From Eubacteriales bacterium (GTDB taxonomy: Bacteria > Bacillota > Clostridia > Oscillospirales > CAG-272): a DNA stretch of 64,000 nucleotides. Both the position numbers and the translations under genes were made by a program. The notes below the pieces were generated by a model, which had not been told where the DNA came from, searched no databases, and saw only the letters and a program-made list of their open reading frames with translations. Positions 59,121 through 64,000 of the stretch are shown piece after piece (the stretch's first letter is position 1; each line of letters begins with the position of its first letter). The stretch covers positions 9,443 to 73,442 of the forward strand of contig JAZRFY010000029.1 in assembly GCA_045643885.1 (NCBI GenBank), written 5' to 3'.

Positions 59121-59852
59121 TTATTCGTCGCAATTTTCCCAGTTGTGATAAACGTTCATAACGTCATCGTGATCCTCAAGATTTTCAATGAGAAGATTCA
59201 TGTATTTAATGTCATCTGCATTGTCAAGAGTAACGTAATTGGATGCAATTTTATCCTTTTCGCAGGACTCAATCTCATAGCCTGCAGCAACAAGTGCGTC
59301 ATTAACTGCATAGAGATCGTCGGGCTCTGTATAAATCTCGAAAACGTCGCCGTCGCTTGAGAAATCGGAAGCGCCTGCTTCAAGAGCTGTTTCCATAAGA
59401 GCATCCTCGTCGTTAACGTTTTCCTTGAGAATGATGATAACTCCCTGCTCTGTGAAAAGGTAGCTTACGCAACCTGTCTGACCAAGATTACCCTTGAACT
59501 TGGAGAAGTATGATCTGACGTCACCGGCAGTTCTATTACGGTTGTCAGTTGATGCTTCAACGATTACCGCAATACCTGCAGGGCCGTATCCCTCGTATAC
59601 GATTTCTTCGTATGTTGTATTTGTTTCACCAAGTGCCTTTTTGATTGTACGCTCGATGTTATCGTTAGGAACGTTATTGGATTTTGCTTTTGCGATAAGA
59701 TCACGAAGCTTGGAGTTTACAGAAGGATCTCCGCCACCTGCCTTAACTGCGATAGTGATTTCTTTACCGATCTTTGTAAAGATTTTGGCTTTCTGAGCGT
59801 CGGTCTTCTCTTTTTTGTGCTTGATATTATTCCATTTACTATGTCCAGACAT
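59121..59852 (-). CDS. YebC/PmpR family protein
   Basis: MSGHSKW, YEGYGP, TDNRNRT. Confidence 0.96.
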   Translation of the reverse strand: MSGHSKWNNIKHKKEKTDAQKAKIFTKIGKEITIAVKAGGGDPSVNSKLRDLIAKAKSNNVPNDNIERTIKKALGETNTTYEEIVYEGYGPAGIAVIVEASTDNRNRTAGDVRSYFSKFKGNLGQTGCVSYLFTEQGVIIILKENVNDEDALMETALEAGASDFSSDGDVFEIYTEPDDLYAVNDALVAAGYEIESCEKDKIASNYVTLDNADDIKYMNLLIENLEDHDDVMNVYHNWENCDE

Positions 59853-59873
59853 TTTTTAGTACCTCTTTATCAA

Positions 59874-61586
59874 TTAAATCTTTTCTGTTTTCTTAAGGCA
59901 AATGAGCTCAAATGCGTTACCAAGAACGTAGTTTGTAGCCTTTGTAAGTGCGATTCTTGTGCTGAGAACATCCTTGTCGTCTGCAGAAAGAATGTGGCAG
60001 TTATGATAGAAACGGTTGAATGCCGTTGCTACGTCGAGAATGTAACGAGTGATGATAGAAGGCTCATATGCTTCAAGTGCTTCAAGAACTTTTTCAGGGA
60101 AGCGAGAAAGAGTTTTAACAAGGTCTCTTTCCTCGTCAGCTGTAAATACCATATTGCCATCACAAGCCTTTTCACCAACTTTCTCCATCAATGAGCAGGT
60201 TCTTGCGTATGTATACTGTACGTAAGGTCCTGTGTTTCCATCAAAGGAGAGGGCATCTTCAAGAACGAAGTTGATATCACGGATTCTATTGCTTGAGAGA
60301 TAATAGAATACGATTGCGCCTACACCGACAGCCTCTGCAACCTTTTCCTTGTTTTCAAGGTTTGGATTTTTCTCTTCCATAATTTCAGAAACCTTTTCGA
60401 TTGCCTGAGCAAAGAGATCCTTAAGAAGAATTACGTTGCCTGTTCTTGTGGCAAGCTTTGCGCCGTTGATACTTACCGTGCCGTAAGGAACGTGAACGAG
60501 CTTATCGTGCCAATCATAGCCCATAAGCTCAACAACCTTGAACCACTGTGCAAAATGCAAGCTTTGGCCTGCGCTTGTTACGTAGATGGACTTGTCATAA
60601 TCGTAAGTCTGCTTTCTGTAAACTGCAGCAGCGATATCTCTTGTGGGATAGAGCGTTGAACCGTCGCGCTTAAGAATAAGGCAAGGGGGCATATTATATT
60701 CTTCAAGGTCAACGATGGATGCACCGTCGTCAATCTTGAGAAGTCCCATTTCTCTAAGCTTTTCAACCTGTGCGGGCATCTTGTCAGTATAAAAGCTTTC
60801 GCCCTTATAGCTATCAAATTCAATGCCGAGCTGACCGTATGTTTTCTTGTATTCAGCAACGCTGATTTCAATGAACCACTTCCAAAGAGCAATATCTTCT
60901 TCATCACCAAGCTCAAGCTTGTGGAACTCTGCTCTTGCTTCATCGTTGAGGGCAGGATTTTCTTCAGCTTCCTGGTGGAACTTTACGTAAAGCTCAACAA
61001 GCTTATCGATTCCGCCTTCATTGATGGCATCCTTGTCACCCCACTTTTTGAAGGCAACGATCATTTTACCAAATTGTGTTCCCCAGTCACCAAGGTAGTT
61101 GATACCTACACAGTTATAACCCACGAATTCGTGAAGCTTTTTAAGTGAGTGGCCGATAACGGTTGTTCCAAGATGTCCTATATGGAAGGGCTTTGCTACG
61201 TTGGGAGATGAGTAGTCAAGAACTACTGTTTTGCCTTCACCGAATGTTGCAGATCCATATTTGTCACCGTTAGGAAGAATATTGTTTACAACGATGTTTG
61301 TAAGATATTCATCACTTACGCAAATGTTCAAATAGCCGTTTACTGCCTCAACCTTCTTTACGGATTCGTCGCTGAATGAATCAGCAATCATCTGAGCGAT
61401 TTGCACAGGTGAACGACGAAGTGACTTTGAAAGCTTAAAGCAAGGAAGAGCCAAGTCACCCATGTTGGAATCAGGGGGATATTCGAGCATAGCAGCAAGA
61501 TCATTTGCTTCGATGGTTACGTCGGAAAAGTTATTTTTGATAACTTCAAGTATCTTTTCAGATACTTTCACTTTAAAATTTTGCAT
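59874..61586 (-). CDS. argS: Arginine--tRNA ligase
   Basis: YSSPNVAKPFHIGH, GDWGTQFG, GPYVQYTYAR. Confidence 0.97.
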   Translation of the reverse strand: MQNFKVKVSEKILEVIKNNFSDVTIEANDLAAMLEYPPDSNMGDLALPCFKLSKSLRRSPVQIAQMIADSFSDESVKKVEAVNGYLNICVSDEYLTNIVVNNILPNGDKYGSATFGEGKTVVLDYSSPNVAKPFHIGHLGTTVIGHSLKKLHEFVGYNCVGINYLGDWGTQFGKMIVAFKKWGDKDAINEGGIDKLVELYVKFHQEAEENPALNDEARAEFHKLELGDEEDIALWKWFIEISVAEYKKTYGQLGIEFDSYKGESFYTDKMPAQVEKLREMGLLKIDDGASIVDLEEYNMPPCLILKRDGSTLYPTRDIAAAVYRKQTYDYDKSIYVTSAGQSLHFAQWFKVVELMGYDWHDKLVHVPYGTVSINGAKLATRTGNVILLKDLFAQAIEKVSEIMEEKNPNLENKEKVAEAVGVGAIVFYYLSSNRIRDINFVLEDALSFDGNTGPYVQYTYARTCSLMEKVGEKACDGNMVFTADEERDLVKTLSRFPEKVLEALEAYEPSIITRYILDVATAFNRFYHNCHILSADDKDVLSTRIALTKATNYVLGNAFELICLKKTEKI

Positions 61587-61626
61587 ACTTTCGCCTTTCT
61601 GTATATAATTGAGTTGTTTAACAAGT

Positions 61627-62085
61627 TTAGATAATTTCGGACATCATCACTTTAATGCGCGCACCAATGGATTGAGCAATTTCGGGTGTGTTTGTTACGA
61701 TGAAAATTGTGTCGTCACCTGCAACACAACCAAGAATTTCGTCAGTTTTGATATTGTCGATTCCTGTTGCTACGGCCTGAGCCATACCTGCATGTGTTTT
61801 GATAACGATGATGTTCATAGCACAATTGACAGATGTTATGAGGTGAGTTAATGAAGCGTTGAGCTTATTGATATCACTGACACTCATAGTGTTGGGAAAT
61901 ACGTAGTAATATCCGTTAACACCGTCCGAAATTTTAGTGAGCTTAAGATCCTTGATATCTCTTGACATTGTTGCCTGAGTAGCAGAAAATCCACTTTCCT
62001 TAAGCTTTTTAATGAGTTCGTCTTGAGTATCAATCTTATATGTTTCGATAATCTCTCTTATCTTTTCTTGACGTTCTTTTTTCAT
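61627..62085 (-). CDS. argR: Arginine repressor
   Basis: TQATMSRDI, AGDDT. Confidence 0.95.
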   Translation of the reverse strand: MKKERQEKIREIIETYKIDTQDELIKKLKESGFSATQATMSRDIKDLKLTKISDGVNGYYYVFPNTMSVSDINKLNASLTHLITSVNCAMNIIVIKTHAGMAQAVATGIDNIKTDEILGCVAGDDTIFIVTNTPEIAQSIGARIKVMMSEII

Positions 62086-62102
62086 AATGATTCTCCTGTC
62101 AA

Positions 62103-62978
62103 TTAGTAATTATTTTTCATTTTCTGACTTAAAATATCGTAGAATGAGCAATCCTTTACTCTTACAAGCTTAACTGTAAAATCGGATTTTGATATCGTAA
62201 CGTATTCGTCCTTATACATTTCGCAATTAGTCTTTCCGTCAACTGTAAGCATAAGGAGCTTTTCGCGAACGGAAACGTTTTTGATTTTGATCTTAGTCTC
62301 GTCAGAAAAGATAAGCTGACGGGCAATGAATGAATGAGGACAAATGGGAGTAACAAGCATACAAGGAACCTTGGGATCGGCAATGGATCCACCTGCACTC
62401 ATAGCGTAAGCAGTTGAGCCTGTGGGAGTGGAAATGATCAATCCGTCCGCTCTATATGAGGTAACAAGACTTTCCTCGGCATACAATTCGAGATTGATGA
62501 TTTTTGAAACTGATCCGTTAGAAATCACGGCATCGTTTAAGGCATATGAAGTATATTTTGAAGTGTGGTCTTTGGTGAAGACCTCAATATTCATCATTCT
62601 TCTCTCATCAATGGTATAATCGCCTTCGATAATCTTTGAAAGTGAGTCAAGCTCTTCAATTTCAAGCTCAGCCATATATCCAAGGTGGCCAAGATTGATT
62701 CCGAGTATTGGCTTCCCTCTCTTTGCCATTCTTTTAGCGCAATCAAGGATTGTTCCATCACCGCCAAGAGCAATAACAAGATCAGCCTCGTCATAAAGCT
62801 TTTCAACCGGCAAGAAATAAATATTTCCTCGGTAATTCTTGTTAGCAAGAACCTTTTCCTTGCTATATTGTGATACAAGAATCTTTCGGTTGAATCCAAG
62901 AAGGTAGTTTGCAACCTTCATTGCGGCATTAGCCTTGTCAGTGATGTTAAAGTTTGTTACTACAGCAATATTTTTCAT
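62103..62978 (-). CDS. nadK: NAD kinase
   Basis: GGDGT, LND, DGLIISTPTGSTAY. Confidence 0.95.
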   Translation of the reverse strand: MKNIAVVTNFNITDKANAAMKVANYLLGFNRKILVSQYSKEKVLANKNYRGNIYFLPVEKLYDEADLVIALGGDGTILDCAKRMAKRGKPILGINLGHLGYMAELEIEELDSLSKIIEGDYTIDERRMMNIEVFTKDHTSKYTSYALNDAVISNGSVSKIINLELYAEESLVTSYRADGLIISTPTGSTAYAMSAGGSIADPKVPCMLVTPICPHSFIARQLIFSDETKIKIKNVSVREKLLMLTVDGKTNCEMYKDEYVTISKSDFTVKLVRVKDCSFYDILSQKMKNNY

Positions 62979-63044
62979 AATTTTTCCTTCCGATTTCTGC
63001 ACAATGCGGGGTATTACGAGTTACATTTGATGCAGAATAAGTAT

Positions 63045-63830
63045 TTATTTTGCTTGTGTTAATTGTTTGATTTTTTGTTCAGTTATGTGGTTTATTGGAG
63101 CTTCTGATTTCTTTAAATGAATCAAAAATTCGATATTACCACTTCCCCCTTCTATGGGAGATTTGGTGAGATCAATGCAAGAAAAGCCACTAATCAAGGC
63201 ATTGTCGATTACCTTGTTTATAGCTTTGATATGGTCCTGCTTGCTCTTAACAATTCCATGTGAATTGAGAGCACTTTTACCACATTCAAACTGAGGTTTT
63301 ATCAAGGAAACAAGACTGCCACCGTCATTTAATACGGAGCAAATTCCTTGATGCATAAAGGTTTGTGATATGAACGAAACGTCCATTACTGCGATATCAA
63401 ATCTCTTGGAAAAATCCTCGGGATCAATAAATCTCGCATTATATTTTTCAATTGAAATTACCTTGTCGTTTTCGTAGATTGAGGGATCAAGCTGATTGTG
63501 ACCTGAATCGACGGCATAAACAAGGGACGCACCTCTTTGAAGCAAACAGTCGGTAAATCCACCGGTTGAAGCGCCGACGTCAATGCATATCGCATCTTCT
63601 GTCGAAATATTGAACACATTCAACGCGTGGTCGAGCTTTTCACCTCCACGGCTGACGAACTTGGGTTTATTTATAATTTCAACGTTGTGTTCGATAGTGT
63701 CATCAATATCAATTGAGGGCTTGGTAATTAGTTTATTATCGATTTTAACGTTTCCGTTTTCGATAAGATTTTTAGAACTTTGACGGCTTTTAGCCATTCC
63801 GATAGAAAATAAATATACGTCTGCTCTCAT
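63045..63830 (-). CDS. tlyA: TlyA family RNA methyltransferase
   Basis: FVSRGGEKL, DVGASTGGFT, DVSFIS, KPQFE. Confidence 0.94.
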   Translation of the reverse strand: MRADVYLFSIGMAKSRQSSKNLIENGNVKIDNKLITKPSIDIDDTIEHNVEIINKPKFVSRGGEKLDHALNVFNISTEDAICIDVGASTGGFTDCLLQRGASLVYAVDSGHNQLDPSIYENDKVISIEKYNARFIDPEDFSKRFDIAVMDVSFISQTFMHQGICSVLNDGGSLVSLIKPQFECGKSALNSHGIVKSKQDHIKAINKVIDNALISGFSCIDLTKSPIEGGSGNIEFLIHLKKSEAPINHITEQKIKQLTQAK

Positions 63831-63831
63831 A

Positions 63832-64000
63832 TCAATACTCTCTCACCGTCAAAAATTTTGCAAGCTCAACAAGTGTGCCGTCATCGATCAATGAGATGAA
63901 GCTGATTGCTTTGTTTGTGAGCTCATTGGCATAGGATAAAGCCTCGTCATAGGTCATAAATGACGTGAATGAATTCTCTTCAACCTTACCATCTTTATAG
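63832..64000 (-). CDS. C-terminus of probable polyprenyl synthetase (IspA-like), truncated by window edge
   Basis: Open frame ..SFTSFMTYDEALSYANELTNKAI..LAKFLTVREY; usual position upstream of tlyA. Confidence 0.55.
   Translation of the reverse strand, partial: YKDGKVEENSFTSFMTYDEALSYANELTNKAISFISLIDDGTLVELAKFLTVREY

Overview
Chromosomal window of a spore-forming, Clostridia-like Bacillota genome (dpaAB, spoIIID, yabP/Q, dacF, cdaA, relA, recJ, argS, nrdDG, uxuAB, galE/M, tRNA-Ser). Most of it is housekeeping. The main accessory feature is a ~10.3 kb integrase-less element (about 18155-28444) between ispE and spoIIID. It encodes a pMV158/Rep_2-type HUH rolling-circle initiator with a TACTACGAC nick motif, an SSB-like protein, three membrane-anchored proteins (a tandem CBM26-like protein, a 162-aa candidate major virion protein, a 776-aa Cys-repeat spike-like protein), a 738-aa membrane P-loop ATPase, a phage N6-adenine MTase, and two basic ORFs each paired with an opposite-strand structured small RNA. 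This looks like an integrated ssDNA extrusion/budding-type (inovirus- or pleolipovirus-like) phage. Its right end is a perfect 11-6-11 palindrome and its left end can fold into a forked ssDNA hairpin, suggesting CTXphi-style integration at a dif-like site by a host tyrosine recombinase (inference). Also noted: a PASTA-protein moron flanked by phage tail-gene fragments, and an unassigned ncRNA candidate behind tRNA-Ser. All family calls are by eye from motifs; no searches were run.
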